The notes under the pieces are model-generated. The model was given only the letters and a program-made list of their open reading frames with translations. It searched no databases and was not told where the DNA came from. This document shows, in pieces, positions 15,061 to 27,238 of a stretch of 64,000 nt of DNA. The translations under genes were made by a program, and so were the position numbers. This stretch comes from Saccostrea echinata. Taxonomy: Eukaryota. The first letter of the stretch is position 1. Each line of letters opens with the position of its first letter. The stretch spans positions 12,524,001 to 12,588,000 of the forward strand of contig NW_026889776.1 of the NCBI RefSeq assembly GCF_033153115.1, given 5' to 3'.

Positions 15061-18000
15061 CTAATATATAACATTGACACGTCACTTTTTTGAACTGACT
15101 ATTTAAAAACACGTGAAACCCTCCGATTCTGACATTTTTGGCGCTGTGCTGTGCAGTGACTCTTCACGCAACGAATACTGTGATTGGATGAATCTATTTA
15201 CCTCAGCCAATGACAAATCGCATTTTGAAAGGCTTGTAAAAAGGTTATTTATATTTCTTTTATTTTTTCAGAGACTATAAATAAACTATCTTCGGGAGAA
15301 ATAAAAATAAAACTTGAATTGGGGACTTTTATTTTTATTTCATTTTAGCCCAAATTAGGGTCGGCGCTCCCGTAAAACAGAATATAAAAAAAAATTGGCC
15401 TTATATAGAGACGTCATCATATACAGGTGAAGGGCTTCAAATTAAAACCTCTACTCGGCACTCAGGGCCATTATTTAAGCAGTAAGTGTTCTTTATCGTG
15501 CCATCGCCTACCATGAAACGGGCCTCGGTTTTATAAGGTCTTATCCGAAGGACCCGCAACTTTCACTCCGAAGTGCCGAGCGCTTGACGAAGGAACAGTT
15601 GCTACCTATTTTTTTTTATCGACTTACGTCAGTCGAGACCGTGATTCGAACACACATCCTTCCGATCACGGACCAAGCGCTCTACCGACTGAGCTACCGA
15701 TACTGTAGTCTTTGTGATTCGAAGGTTGTGAGCTCAAGCCCCAGGCAGCGACAGACCTAAGATGATGAGAAAAGGTTTCATTCCTCAAATGTTCGGTTCC
15801 TTGAATTAAAAGTTGCAGGTCTTTTGAATGCAACCTTTAAGTACAAGGACCCTGTGTTACGATAATGGGTGGCACGATGATGATTCCTCACTGCTCAATT
15901 GCCAAGTAAGTCTAAATTTAAGGATCTTTACCGGTATATGATGACGTCTTCATACGAGTTAAAAATTGTCGAATGGGACGTAAAATAACACGCAGTCAAT
16001 CCATCAGTGTTGATATGCTTGTTCATTTGACAATGCTTTGACATAGTTTTTTTTTTCATCAATATGAAATATATTTTCTTAGAGCAATATTAACAAAACA
16101 GAACAAAGTGAGCACAAGAGACAGATGACTTTACAAGAGAGAACCTTATTTGAGGGATTCTGTCCGCTTCCGTATGACACATCTGGTATCTGGACGACTG
16201 AAATCAAGTTTAACATTTCAAATGACGGAGTACGTTTCACAGACACGTATCAAGTTATTATATATCAGTCCCATTGTCAGGAGTACCACAATGAATCCGG
16301 AAATGTGTATTTCATCTTAAAGGTAAGTGGTGCTCTCTTTCTAAACGTGTTCGGAGTACATTTTTATGTTTACCAAGTGTTTTGTGATTGACCTGTAACG
16401 ATATAATGTATATACATAAACATCCTGTGAATCTCTCGAATAACACCTGTCTGTCAAATGAATTTCAAAAATCTGCTTTTACTTTTTCCATATTTCCCTT
16501 TAAAAAAATATAGATCTAAGTACTTGAAAATTCATGTATGTCTTGCATGCATGTACGCTTACCGTAAGAGCTTTGAATTCTTTAAAGTTGAACACGACTC
16601 TTAAATAAGCATACGCCATATTTGATTTTACTATCTATGATATCAGCACTGGGGCATATCCTTCGCATTCGTAACACCTGCCTGCTTCATTGTCACGTGG
16701 AATGGCGACATGTGTTTGCGTTAGTTGTCTTGCATTGCCTTTGCATACATTTTATTGCAGTTACGTGTATTTGGGTTTGTTTGTATACTGCACTTACCTG
16801 TGCAACGGTTGTAAGTTTCTTTGGTATCGTTTTTTTTTACCGTGCAAAGTTATTTTCGTTGCTACCGAGTGCTATGTAGAATACGTCTGTCTACACAAAC
16901 GACAACTGATTACACTAAACAGTGACTAAATGAACGGCTTACATGGGGACCTCAGATAAAAGATATGGCGGACAAATTCATTTTACGAATCGTGTTTAGC
17001 TTTTAAGCAGGATAAATCTCATTTTCATATATTATTTACAGGAACATTTCTGTTTCATCGACAGTAAATGCATTAGTTCCATGCAGAATAGTTCCATCAA
17101 TGAGTGTCTATACTGCAATACAACAAATGATAAATTCAACTGGACAGAAAATGAATGTAAGACTTATTAGCATACTATGTTCTTATTTCCTTTTGATTGA
17201 TTGACTGTATGTAGTTTAATGTTCCATTTGAGAATTTTCACCCATATGGAAACGTCACCATATACTTGTGAAGGGCTTCGAATTTAGACCTTTACTCGAC
17301 ACTCAGGGCCATTGAGCAGTGAGAGATCTTTATCGTGCCAACGTCTGCCGTGAAACGGGGCCTCGGTTTTTAAGGTCTCATCAGAAAGACCCACAACTTT
17401 TAAGTGCCGAGCACCTGGCGAAGGAACAGTTGCTACCTATTTTCATAACGACTTAGGTCAGTTGCGGCCTTCGATCACGGAGCGAGCGCTCTACCGTCTG
17501 AGCTATCGTGACGGCATTATTTCCTTTTGATTTGGATCGAGATGAATGTGATTTTCTTCCAAAAATAATTGACAGTAATACAGTTAAGCATGGTAATATG
17601 TAAAAAAAATCGGTTGCCCCTTCCCGACCAACTGCATTAAAATGGACCAAATCAATACTTTTTAACTCCACAACACAATTATTTTTTACGTATTCCGGAA
17701 AATAGATTTTGAAAATTCAGAACCGATGTTGAAAAAAATACCACCACCAATCTAACGATCTAATTTTTTATCGTAAGTCGGGAGAGGGCAAACATAGTTT
17801 TAAAGTTGGCCTAATATAAATATTTTTATCTACGTAGCCTGTGGACAAACAACAACAGAAAGTATGACAACAACAATGATTCATACAGACACAGAATCCA
17901 CATTGAGGAGCTCAACAGAACAAATAGAAGAGACTACAGCTTCTATTACGACAGCTGCACAGGACAAAACAACATATACCAAAGCAACCTCTCCAATCAC

Positions 18001-20093
18001 AACTACAGAAAACGAACATACATCTATGGTGTCCGATTCTTCTTCTATTGGATCGACAATAACAACAAGTTTTGCTGACACAATAAGTGACTCAGCAGAG
18101 ATGCCGGAGGATACATCAACCACAACTGCTGACACAACTACAGTGATATCATCAACCGATTCAACATCAACAACAATAGCATCGACGACACTGGAAACAA
18201 CACCAGCACTCACTACAAACTCGCCAACTACAACAAACAAAGAAACAACAACTGCAAGCTTAACAACAACTCAACCAATCACATCGTCATCAACTACAAA
18301 ACCGACTTCTACAGGGAAAATGACAACTACAAGTAACACAGAAGCATTGACTTCCTCTCAATCATCAACTTCCGAATCATCAACAACATCGGTAATAAGT
18401 ACTGACGGCAAAGCAACTGTGAAGGAGGATACATTTTCAACTACAACAATCAGCGAGCCTAAATCAACCCTGAGTACATCAACCTTGAAATCAACAGAAA
18501 CCTCAACAGAACGTGTCGACACAACTACTTCAACTAATGCAAAAGATACCAAAGGAGAATCGACTCAGTCCAAAGTTAAAAACACCCATTTGATCGTTGG
18601 AGTCTCGTCGTCAATTGTTGGAATTATATTAATTATGATAATCATAGGACTGGTAGTCAGAAAATGTAGTAAATCGTAAGTACTCCTCGGTTTAGATTTT
18701 AAGGACGGCGACTGGAGTTTTCTTTGTGCAATACATTTTTGGATACCCACTTTCACCAGACGATAGTTTTTTTTTTGTTCTTTGTTTATAGTTTAGAACA
18801 ATGTCTGTTAAATTGTATGATACGTGAAAATGACAAGATAGGCTAAGACCCCTTTTTGGCCCCCGTTTCGGGGTGTCTTTTAGAGTGATGCAACAGTTTA
18901 TTAGTTAAAAACCTGTTGTCACCCCTGCCACAAAATGAGTATTGGTTCTAAGTTATGGGATACACAGAGGTCACAGGAAGATTGGAAAATATGTCAATTT
19001 CCGAATTTTCTCATTTTTATGCAAATTTTCATCGATTTTACAGCACATTTTGGTTCAGAAAACATAGAGTACAAGATTGCCTATCTATCAAATGTATATA
19101 TTTCATACAATTGTATCAGATGCATCTTATGTATAAAAATTTCAGAAAGGCAAGCTTGTGCTCTATGTTTCCCGAAGTGAAAAGTATCTCAAATTTCACA
19201 GAATTCTATCAGAATTGAGGAAATTCGTGAAAATATCCTACTTTTGCACCCTCTTGTGGCCTCCATGTAAGCCTTGAATCAAAATTAGTGCTGGTTTTAA
19301 AACAAGCATCATTTTAAGTTCTTAACTACAAACTATCACAATTTTAACTGTGTTCTGATTTTTACATCAAATAAGAGGCCAGATTCGGTCGTAACCATAC
19401 CTTGTCCTTTACATTGAAGTCCAAAAACTAGCACTTTTCCATAAAACCTTCTAGTACATGAAACAATATTTTAAGATTGGTCCCTCAAAAATGCTTAGAT
19501 TTTCCCTAAACTTGGCATGTATACTGAAGTCAATATACGTTACACAGGACATAAGATCAAAGAGCTTTCTGTTGTAGATTTCACATAATAAAACTACATT
19601 CGGCTCCCTTTAGAGATTGTACAAAGATTTTTTTTTTTTTTTTAAAGACATCTAGTATACATGATTTTAATAAAATGTATACCGTATATCTTTTCCAAAG
19701 TTAGAGATTAATTTCTTCCTTGTACTACTTTTGTCACTTTAAACTGACGTAAACAATTAACAGTTACCATTCAAATAAACATCTTTTACACAGACGATTG
19801 TGTCCATTTTTTAATCGGTAAATTCTTGACATAGATAAAATTCAGTCAAAGTTTTGTTTTATGTATTAAACAGGAATAAATGTCCAGAAAACCATCAGGA
19901 AGACATTGGACCAATCAGAAACTGGAGAGACCTCGTTTTGGCGGGAAATCAAAATCCAGGTTTTCAGTACAATGCCAATTCGTCCTTATCCTACAATGGA
20001 GATTCCTACGTTCCACACACACCTCTACATCATTTCAAATCAAGTGCAGGATCTCGTCATAATGCAAACGCCAGTAAATATCTAAGACACTGA
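417..20093 (+). CDS. Multi-exon VWDE-like (von Willebrand factor D and EGF domain) type I membrane protein with N-terminal MEGF-type EGF repeats and a mucin-like stalk; 5' end lies upstream of the window
   Basis: Phase-compatible GT-AG exons read by hand: 417-635, 3429-3551, 3685-3819, 4692-4832, 4941-4955, 5063-5331, 5592-5678, 5879-6274, 7469-7554, 7998-8061, 9401-9586, 9946-10169, 10272-10518, 10722-10877, 11040-11208, 11490-11680, 16083-16322, 17042-17156, 17838-18675, 19874-20093. Motifs in order: LSFCEVEIYG; three EGF/laminin-EGF exons (CPRNHYG, CSNSTYG, CTPGWYG); FFAGIK; VWD start CGVRADPHMYTFDG and GLCGYFDG; RRRKR; EGF CPSNCTGHGTC/GNCTCDSGFGGSDCS; Thr/Ser-rich stalk; TM LIVGVSSSIVGIILIMIIIGLVV; short cytoplasmic tail. 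AATAAA near 20268. Confidence 0.85.
1480..2170 (+). mobile_element. Degraded Penelope-like retroelement RT/3' fragment
   Basis: Broken frames read IDDD...EIKDTKESNTSVSYLD and LTNKLTKHGYQQSRLVS, resembling the Penelope-type RT C-terminus. A related remnant lies at about 2560-2890. Confidence 0.55.
8089..9257. mobile_element. Three nested non-autonomous TIR elements in an intron (about 8089-9257, 8199-9149, 8286-9064)
   Basis: Three nested inverted-repeat pairs: GGCC..TTTTACA.A.GAA.TTACGACTAAG / CTTAGTCGTAATTTCGTCTGTAAAACGGGCC; ACAGGTTTGGCACAGTTCC..TTTCAGTAAT / its reverse complement; CTGTAAACGGGAATTTTC / GAAAATTCCCGTATACAG. Confidence 0.7.
11799..15400. mobile_element. Non-autonomous DNA transposon with GGCC termini and 3-bp TTA TSD (Zator- or PIF/Harbinger-like)
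   Basis: TIRs GGCCAACATTTTTTTATTTTCTGTTTTAC / GTAAAACAGAATATAAAAAAAAATTGGCC; TTA at 11796-11798 and 15401-15403. Confidence 0.75.
13272..15060 (+). mobile_element. Non-autonomous Helentron (HINE) carrying a tandem array of ~166-bp Cg170-like satellite monomers
   Basis: 5' subTIR AGCTCACCTGAGC with hairpin, (GTCT)n microsatellite, about 8 tandem monomers (AAAATCTTCTTCTCAAGAAC...GGAAGCATCCTCAGGTAGTGTAGATTCAAG), 3' GCTCAGGTGAGC plus palindrome GGCCCATGGGCC. Confidence 0.85.
15710..16003 (+). mobile_element. Diverged tRNA-derived SINE
   Basis: Shares the 3' tail (TGGCACGAT..CTCACTGCTCAA..GGGACGTAAAA) with the other SINE copies. Confidence 0.6.
17199..17516 (-). mobile_element. tRNA-derived SINE family B, near full length
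   Basis: tRNA-like head and shared 3' body; 16-bp TSD TTATTTCCTTTTGATT at 17183-17198 and 17517-17532. Confidence 0.85.
18832..19407. mobile_element. Degenerate MITE-like element in the last intron
   Basis: Imperfect inverted ends GACAAGATAGGCTAAGACC / GGTCGTAACCATACCTTGTC. Confidence 0.45.
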
Positions 20094-21521
20094 ATTTAAC
20101 AATTCTTTCCTTTCTTTCGTGTACGGAGCTAGTATTTATCCTTTCAAATATACACTTGTAGAATACTCTGCATTCAAACTTGAATATTCTAATGATTATA
20201 TACAGTGTTTGTTTAATGTTTTGTATAATGTAAGAAATATACTGTGTATTTTATTGTAAATGTCTAGAATAAAAAAAATTACTACTTTTAAAGAAGTCAG
20301 GTTTATTGATAAATTTCATGCACTCCCATGATTGTAAACATTTAAACATTTTAACATTCTACAAGTAATGAATATAAAATCGATAAGATTTAACATTGCA
20401 ACTACCCTAGTTTATGTTAGCAGATTTTTTTTGAAAATGTACGGAATAATTTAGGTAGGTTCCAAAACAAATTTGCGAAACCCATAACTTTGGTCAGTAA
20501 AAATTTGGACTGATATTCCTGGTGGAATAGGATTATATTTAAATAGCAACAGCAGAAATTTAAATAAACACCAAGGATTTATAAGTTCATTTCTTACTTG
20601 AATTGGTCCTGGAAATATAAGGTACGAATTACCTTGTCACTTCACGAACATGTGGCTCTGTTCGCGCACCTGTTGTTTCGTGTGCAGTCCTTCTTACTGA
20701 CTGCTGAAAAGGGCAGATGTATTTCTGTTAGAGATATACATTGATTACTTTGTCGGCCTAGCATACATTAAATGTAGTCCGAGGAGAACACGCTCGCTCA
20801 AGGAACTATTTGTGAGGTTCTTGTGGGGGACATATTAGGTTTTCAGCTGTTATACGCACTGATAGAAGTGTCCACTCTGGAGGGGGTTGTTGATAGTTTT
20901 TTTTAGGGAGAGTTACGCCTGGTCAACCACAGGTTGGACAATCTAAAACAAATGTCCTAGACTTGGCCTGTAACTGACTTTACACTTTTGGGCTCTCAGA
21001 CAGGGCGTATGCTCCATAGTGAAAGTATGAGAGCCCATTAGTTAGGTGGCATTACAAAAATTAGTAAACCGCGTTCACCTTCAACTCCCAGGAAGCTAAG
21101 GTCAGCCAGCCAGTATCGTGCAGTTGCCAGGGGTGTTCATGGATCCCTCATTAACTATCAGGACAACGTCTGCATGTGGAAGAACCATTATGTAACGCAC
21201 CCGGTTGGGGGGGGGGTCGTTACCTATTCCAAAGGGAAAGGGGGGGGGGGGTAATTTTCGCTAATTACAAATGTCTGGACTTTATGATGGCAATTACATG
21301 TTAATGTGAATTTTTCTAGGAAATCTTTAACAGTTGGGCTCGAAAGATAGGAATACATGAACAATAGCTGTAATACGGGAAATGACAAGCAATAACTGGC
21401 CAGACGTAACCTAACAATGATCTTTTTAATACATTTTGAAAGCTTGAATGTCACCATTTACAATGCCTATCGTTCCCTTATCATTTAAAACGGTAATTGT
21501 TCCCTTACCTTTAAACGTAAT

Positions 21522-21760
21522 GGTCGCCCGCGTTGCGCAGTGGTTAGAACGTTTGCTCTAGAGTCGCGATGTAAGGAGTTCATCTTTACGCCGCGGGTCC
21601 GAATCAACTGCGGGACGTGGAGACCGGTCCTAGAAACCAAGGTTCCGGGTCGAAGTAGGTGCTGGCACGAAAAAGACCCCTCACTGCTCTATGGCCCTAA
21701 GTGCCGAGTATAGGTCGAAATTGCAGCCCTCCAACGGCAAATGGTGGCGCCTCCAATTCT
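21522..21760 (+). mobile_element. tRNA-derived SINE family A, 3'-truncated
   Basis: A box TTGCGCAGTGGTTAG; body shared with the 24895-25168 copy. Confidence 0.8.
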
Positions 21761-21764
21761 CGTG

Positions 21765-21990
21765 ATGGACACAACAAACAAATTGTAATGCAACCTGTGA
21801 TCATTAGCCTCGTGCGTGCACAACGAGCAGGATTGAAGCAAGGAGGTGTCTTCTCTTTTCCGGGCCGTCTGCGAACAAGAGTACGTTTATCCATGCCCAA
21901 TGCAACCTTACACTCGTCACTAAAGATAACTTTTTTCCCAGAGTTCATTTACAGTCTTCTGTCTATTGAGTTTTGTCAACTATTCTCATT
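21765..21990 (-). pseudogene. Tc1/mariner transposase fragment
   Basis: KVIFSDECK...VRRRPGKE...CFNP...LMITGCIT matches the Tc1 DDE N-terminal motif (VxFSDES...MVWGC). Confidence 0.65.
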
Positions 21991-21992
21991 GT

Positions 21993-22338
21993 ACCGTTCA
22001 CGGTAGCTCAGTCGGTAAAGCACTCGCTCCATGATCGGGAGGTCGTGAGTTCTAATTTCGGCCGCGGCTGACCGAAGTCGTTAAAACAATGGATAGCAAC
22101 TGTTCCTTTGCCATGCGCTTGGCACTTTGAAGTGAAAGTTGCGCGTCCTTTGGATGAGACCCTAAAAACCGAGGCCCCGTGTCAAGGCAGGCGTTGGCAC
22201 GGTAAAGATCCTTCACTGCTCAATGGCCCTTAATGCCGAGTAATGGTCAAAATATGAAGCCCTTCACCGGATATGGCGACGTCTCAATGCGAGTGAAAAA
22301 TTCTCGAATTGGACGTAAAACAGCATACAATTAATCAA
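21993..22338 (+). mobile_element. tRNA-derived SINE family B, full length
   Basis: A box GGTAGCTCAGTCGG; 12-bp TSD TATTCTCATTGT at 21981-21992 and 22339-22350. Confidence 0.85.
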
Positions 22339-22349
22339 TATTCTCATTG

Positions 22350-23480
22350 TTTCTGTACAAGTAATGGAGAAAAAATATCCTGACGGAATTGTCGTTCGAA
22401 TGGGACATACAAAGGTGAGAAATATGTTGAAGTAATCTTTTTTTTTTTGAAGATTGTGTCAAAACTCGTGGGTCCCAACATTCATGTTTTGGTACTTGAG
22501 ACCATGGTACATTTAACTTCAACTTTTCTGCGAATGCGCATAATAAGGAGTAAGAAGTAAAGCATTTTTTTCGTTCTCGGGAACAATGTCACCGTTGACA
22601 CCATTTCTCGCAGCTTTTCAATGATTTGTAGCTTTAAAGACGCTGGATGACGGCACACTCCGTAAATCACATTTACATTTTGGTCAATTGTAATGCTATG
22701 TTCTCCTGGGAGAGGTCCTGTATTGCATATTAGATGTGGAGAATTACTACAAGCTTAATGAAATTTCCTTTGCAGTTGTAGCACCCGTTATGACGTTTTC
22801 CTGACACACTTACTGCTTCAAACTTTGCCTCTTGTAGGTGGCAAGTCGACACAGAATTCCGAACGAAATGTGTGGTTTTTGAACGCAGTATCTTCTGCGA
22901 TTTCTGTTCTTTACCGTGCAAGTTTGTTTTATGAACTGTGACTTGACAATTATATTATATTTTGATCCAGTGTCTACACGGAATTCTAGAGGTTTGTCCT
23001 GAACATAGTGGAAGAGGTCATTTGTCTGACTTAGGAGTATCTGATTAATCGTCACTGGTAGAAAGAATATCTAACATGGCATCTTCATCCTTATCATTCA
23101 CTTTCAGAAATAGATAAGCCCTCTTGCTTTAAGATCTGCTCTTAGATCTGATGCAATTCCTACAGACTGATCGCCAATTGTCTGGGTTCTTTAAATAATT
23201 GCAAGTGGTACCAGTGGTACCGACTGCTGTACATTTGGAGGGGTTGGCTTTCAGTCCACATCGTGCATAAGTGTTTCGTAAATTTTCGGTCCTCTGTTTT
23301 ATCTTGTCCTGTTTTCTTGTTTCAGACTTTTTCTGTTTCACTCCAAGTTTGGAACTAGTATTTTCTCGGTTCCTCGGATTAAATTTCAGTTGTGAATGGA
23401 ACAAGATGCAATCCTTGACCTTGATCAAGTAGTCGTTCTTGTACTTTATGTCCCACTCCTGCAATAATTGCAGCAATTAA
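22350..23480 (-). pseudogene. Degraded Ty3/Gypsy gag-pol remnants
   Basis: Aspartic protease-like PLEFRVDTGSKYNII and a degenerate gag knuckle (CGLK..KCTAVGT..TCNYLKNPDNWRSVC), with many stops. Confidence 0.5.
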
Positions 23481-24894
23481 AATGCCGATATATATGATTT
23501 TTCACCTGATAAAAATTAAAAAAAACGAAAGAAAATCTAAACTGAACAAAGGAGAAAGACACAAAAATACTCCTAACAGTTATTTGAGGGAAGGGGGGAG
23601 CACCAGCCCAGCATCTAAATGAAAATATTCACCCAAAGACTATTTACTCAAAAAAAAGTTGAGGGTGCCTTCTTCTCTTCCCGCGTCCTAGGGTTCGGAA
23701 TTAGTAATTATACATTTAACTGTTTGGCAACAATTTTTATCATGGTCCCATCCACGCATCTAACAAAAGTTGAGAATGTTGCGATAGTATTAAATTAAAC
23801 AACAAACAAACAAACAAAAACGACGAAAATAATGTAAAAAAAAATTGCTCCTAGGTAAAGATCATAGAAAAGTTAGAGATGATGATGATGAACCACAGTT
23901 GTTTGTATATGTCATGTGGATATATATAAATTCTACATGGGAAGTGTAGGTATATAAGAAAACCAACATATCTATTATGAAATCGGGTTCAGTTTTGCAT
24001 TTTTACGACTTTGGTGAAGGTCAAATGGAAACAACAAGTTGTGCAGATGCTTCTGTGTGCATTTTTAACCTTCAATTTTGTGGAATGCACATTTAATGCA
24101 AATGATTCACGTACCTCATTCAGGCAGACCTGTGTGCATAGAAGGTCTGACACCCGGCCCACCGCTCTCTCTCTGCCGTATACTCTTCAACACAGACAAA
24201 GTGCCTCCAAGTGTACAAAACGACAATATGTACCGTCACATCCCCTTGCAAAATACCGGAGAGCAACCAATGCTTGGTTCAAGGGTGCAAGGGGGTTGTT
24301 CCGCTGGCTTTGATAAAGCAGTTGTTCTTAGAATAAGACCAACGATAAACATTTTTTCCACCTCAGCCTCATAAAGGGCTTCCATTGGATTGGAACGATC
24401 GTTCAGTCTACCGATAACTCTTCTTAAGATCTTGACAGCGACGTCGGCGCTGCAAAATCGTCTGGCAACAAATTTGATGAGTGATTCCACGTGAGATTTT
24501 ATTTTAGGTGACTATTCACTTAGATTTCCTGCGAAGTGATCATTTGCACATTACGTAACCTACGATTCAATTAAATTCAATTTATTCCTACATTATGTAA
24601 AACAACAAGAAAATACAACAATATCATACAATATCATCAAAATACATGATGCGATAGTGTACAGTTTACATATCTGTAAGGATAACTCTCTTATTAATTA
24701 TGTTCTATATAGATGAATTTATTAAGGTTATTGATTGTGGATACCTTTTTACATATAAATAAATTTTAAAGCTTAAAATCACTTATTTATGCCATTGGAA
24801 AATAAAATTTTCTAAAATCATTTTTAAGCTGGTCATGACATAATAATGTTATTCGTCTCCAATATCATTATTACATAAACTACGTAGTTTTTGA

Positions 24895-25168
24895 GTGGCG
24901 CAGTGGTTAGAGCGTCTGCTCTAGAGTCGCGGAGTAAGGAGTTGATCCTTACTTTGCGGGTTCGAATCCCACTGTGGGACGTGGAGACCGGTCCTTCGGA
25001 TGAGACCGTATAAACCGAAGTTCCGTGTCGCAGTAGGTGCTGGCACGATAAAGATCCCTCACTGCCGAGTATAGGACAAAATTTGCAGCTCTCCACCGGC
25101 AAGTGGTGGCGTCTCCATATGGGTGAAAAATTCTCGAGAAGGACGTTAAACAACATACAAACAAAAAA
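24895..25168 (+). mobile_element. tRNA-derived SINE family A
   Basis: A box TGGCGCAGTGG, B box GGTTCGAATCC, (ACAA)n tail. Confidence 0.85.
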
Positions 25169-25624
25169 ACATAATCTTTGATGTGATGTTATGTTCCTCC
25201 ATCGGCTTGTCTCGATTGGTAATTAATGATTACTAGGTCCAAATCTTGCTATGTAACTATAGTATTCATTGACACATTGGTGTTTAAATAGTTTCTAGAT
25301 GTAAATTACTATTAGTGAGCAAATTATAATTTTTTTTTACTAGATGCATCAAAATTTTAATTCAATTTTTGTAGAAATTGACCAATCAGTGTTTGTTTAT
25401 TAAATACAACAACTATATTTTGAGTCATCCAGACATTATTTAAACCACATTATGTAAAATATTCACAATTAACAATAAATACATTTAACACTACAATAAA
25501 CAGTTTTTACATTTATGAGCTGTACATGTATACAAAATTATATAAAATGACACAATTTTGTCTCTTTACATTTCAACAGTTTCACCCAGAATTTTATCAT
25601 TCTCATTTTAATATTTACACTCAA

Positions 25625-27103
25625 GGCCATCATTAAAAATACCTTTGTTTCCCCTAACCCGACCCAAAAATCTCAAGTTGGGTAGGTAGGTAGGCAAATA
25701 AATTTGGACAGCAGCTTTGAAAATACTTTCTTAAAATTAAATGGAATGAAACCCTTATAAATAAGTAAGTACAAAAGAAAGCCATTTGTAAACAGCTAGA
25801 ATACCATACAAATGCCGTTAAGACTAACATTTAAGGTATATTAATTCACAACTATTATTTAATGGAAATATCTCATACCAGAGTAAATTTGTTGAAATTG
25901 AACACATCTGTTTAAAAGATTCTCGGGTATGCAAAGAGTTTTTTTTTTCATACATACTATCAACTTCCAGTGCTGACACATGCAATGTACTTTTTCAAGG
26001 GCTTCGAACTGTGCAGTGGTTCTAGAGCATTGCGTTTAAGAGTCTAGGAGTGAGGAGCTATTTTCTAAGTTGCAGGTTCAAAACCCAATGCGGGACGTTG
26101 TGACCGGTTCTTCGAAAGAGACCATAAAAACTTAGGTCCAGTGTCGCAGTAGATACTAGCACAAAAAAGATCCCTCACTGCTCAATGGCCTAAAATGCCG
26201 CATACAAGTCTAAATTTGGAGCCCTTCACCAGACAAATGTTTAAATAAATGTTTTTGTCCCAATAATTATCAAATGAATTTAAATCAAAGAAACAACCAA
26301 TCTTGAATTTAAGGGCCTTATTAAAGAAAAATACACGGACATCTCAGGAAGCTTGTTTCATAATTTCAAATCTATTTGGAAAAAGTATGTTGACTATATT
26401 TAATTGAGTTAACCCATATCTAAAAATGATAAAATGTCATACACAATGTCAAAGTCATGAAGTTTAACCCATGAATAAAAGGCATGAAGAAAGGACGTTT
26501 GAATTCTATTCATTAGGATGAGATATGCAGACTTATTTAAAATCTTATGGTCCCATATACATGTATTAAACATAGAAATATTGATGAACTGTTTATAAGA
26601 TCAAAACTCAAATTAAATAAAATGTGAAATTGATTGGTTTGTTCACAAGAAGGGCCCCTTGTCTGCTTATGAGGGATATCATGAGGAGGGCCTAGGGGCC
26701 TAATCATGCTCTTTACGTACTTAATTTTAAGACAGATGGTAAACACAACCGAAACACGCTTAATAGGTCATTGTATATTGTATTTTATTTACAAAGTATT
26801 TCAAGAGTGTAGGATTCTTATATGCTAAAGGCATAAGGTTGATACGTTGTCTTTCTTTTAAAACATGAACTAATCCCTCCGTGACCGAGACATGTTGTGG
26901 GCGCCATTTTGTTTCCAACAAACGCTTGAAAATCACAGAACAAAATCAGTCTTTCTGATAAAAACTGATTTTGATGGAATTCTATTTTATAAAAGTTGAT
27001 AAAAAAAAATATTGGAATAACCTTATGAGAAAAATTTTCCAGTCGGCGCGTTTTAATTGGGTCGGTCGCGTTAGGTGAAACAAAGGTATTTTTTATTTTG
27101 GCC
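25625..27103. mobile_element. Non-autonomous DNA transposon with GGCC termini and 3-bp CAA TSD (Zator-like), containing a degraded SINE at about 26005-26235
   Basis: TIRs GGCCATCATTAAAAATACCTTTGTTTCCCCTAACCCGACC / GGTCGCGTTAGGTGAAACAAAGGTATTTTTTATTTTGGCC; CAA on both sides; it splits the LINE reading frame at GRYPL|SVNIK. Confidence 0.75.
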
Positions 27104-27238
27104 CAATGGATATCTACCAAGCACATCATAAACCATATAATTTTGGAGTAGATGACTTAAGATGAAGTACAAGTTTACAAATTTGCGTTGAACTTTCTCA
27201 AAAATGTTCACATTTTCAAATCCCCATATCTCGCAACC

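Larger units (their letters stand above)
11744..15705 (-). mobile_element. tRNA-derived SINE (family B) split by a 3.6-kb DNA transposon insertion
   Basis: The SINE tail at 11744-11798 and body at 15404-15705 rejoin into the consensus TTTCAC(TTA)TATAGAGACG seen in other copies. Confidence 0.8.

Noticed and set aside
17881-18552. Val-rich minus-strand ORFs
   Set aside because: Antisense shadow of the Thr-rich mucin exon.
20620-21200. GC-richer stretch, possibly a retroelement remnant or HDV-like ribozyme
   Set aside because: I could not identify protein motifs or fold a convincing nested pseudoknot by eye.
21993-22070. tRNA-like sequences here and at the other SINE heads
   Set aside because: They have A/B boxes but no proper cloverleaf, and they continue into SINE bodies with TSDs, so they are not tRNA genes.
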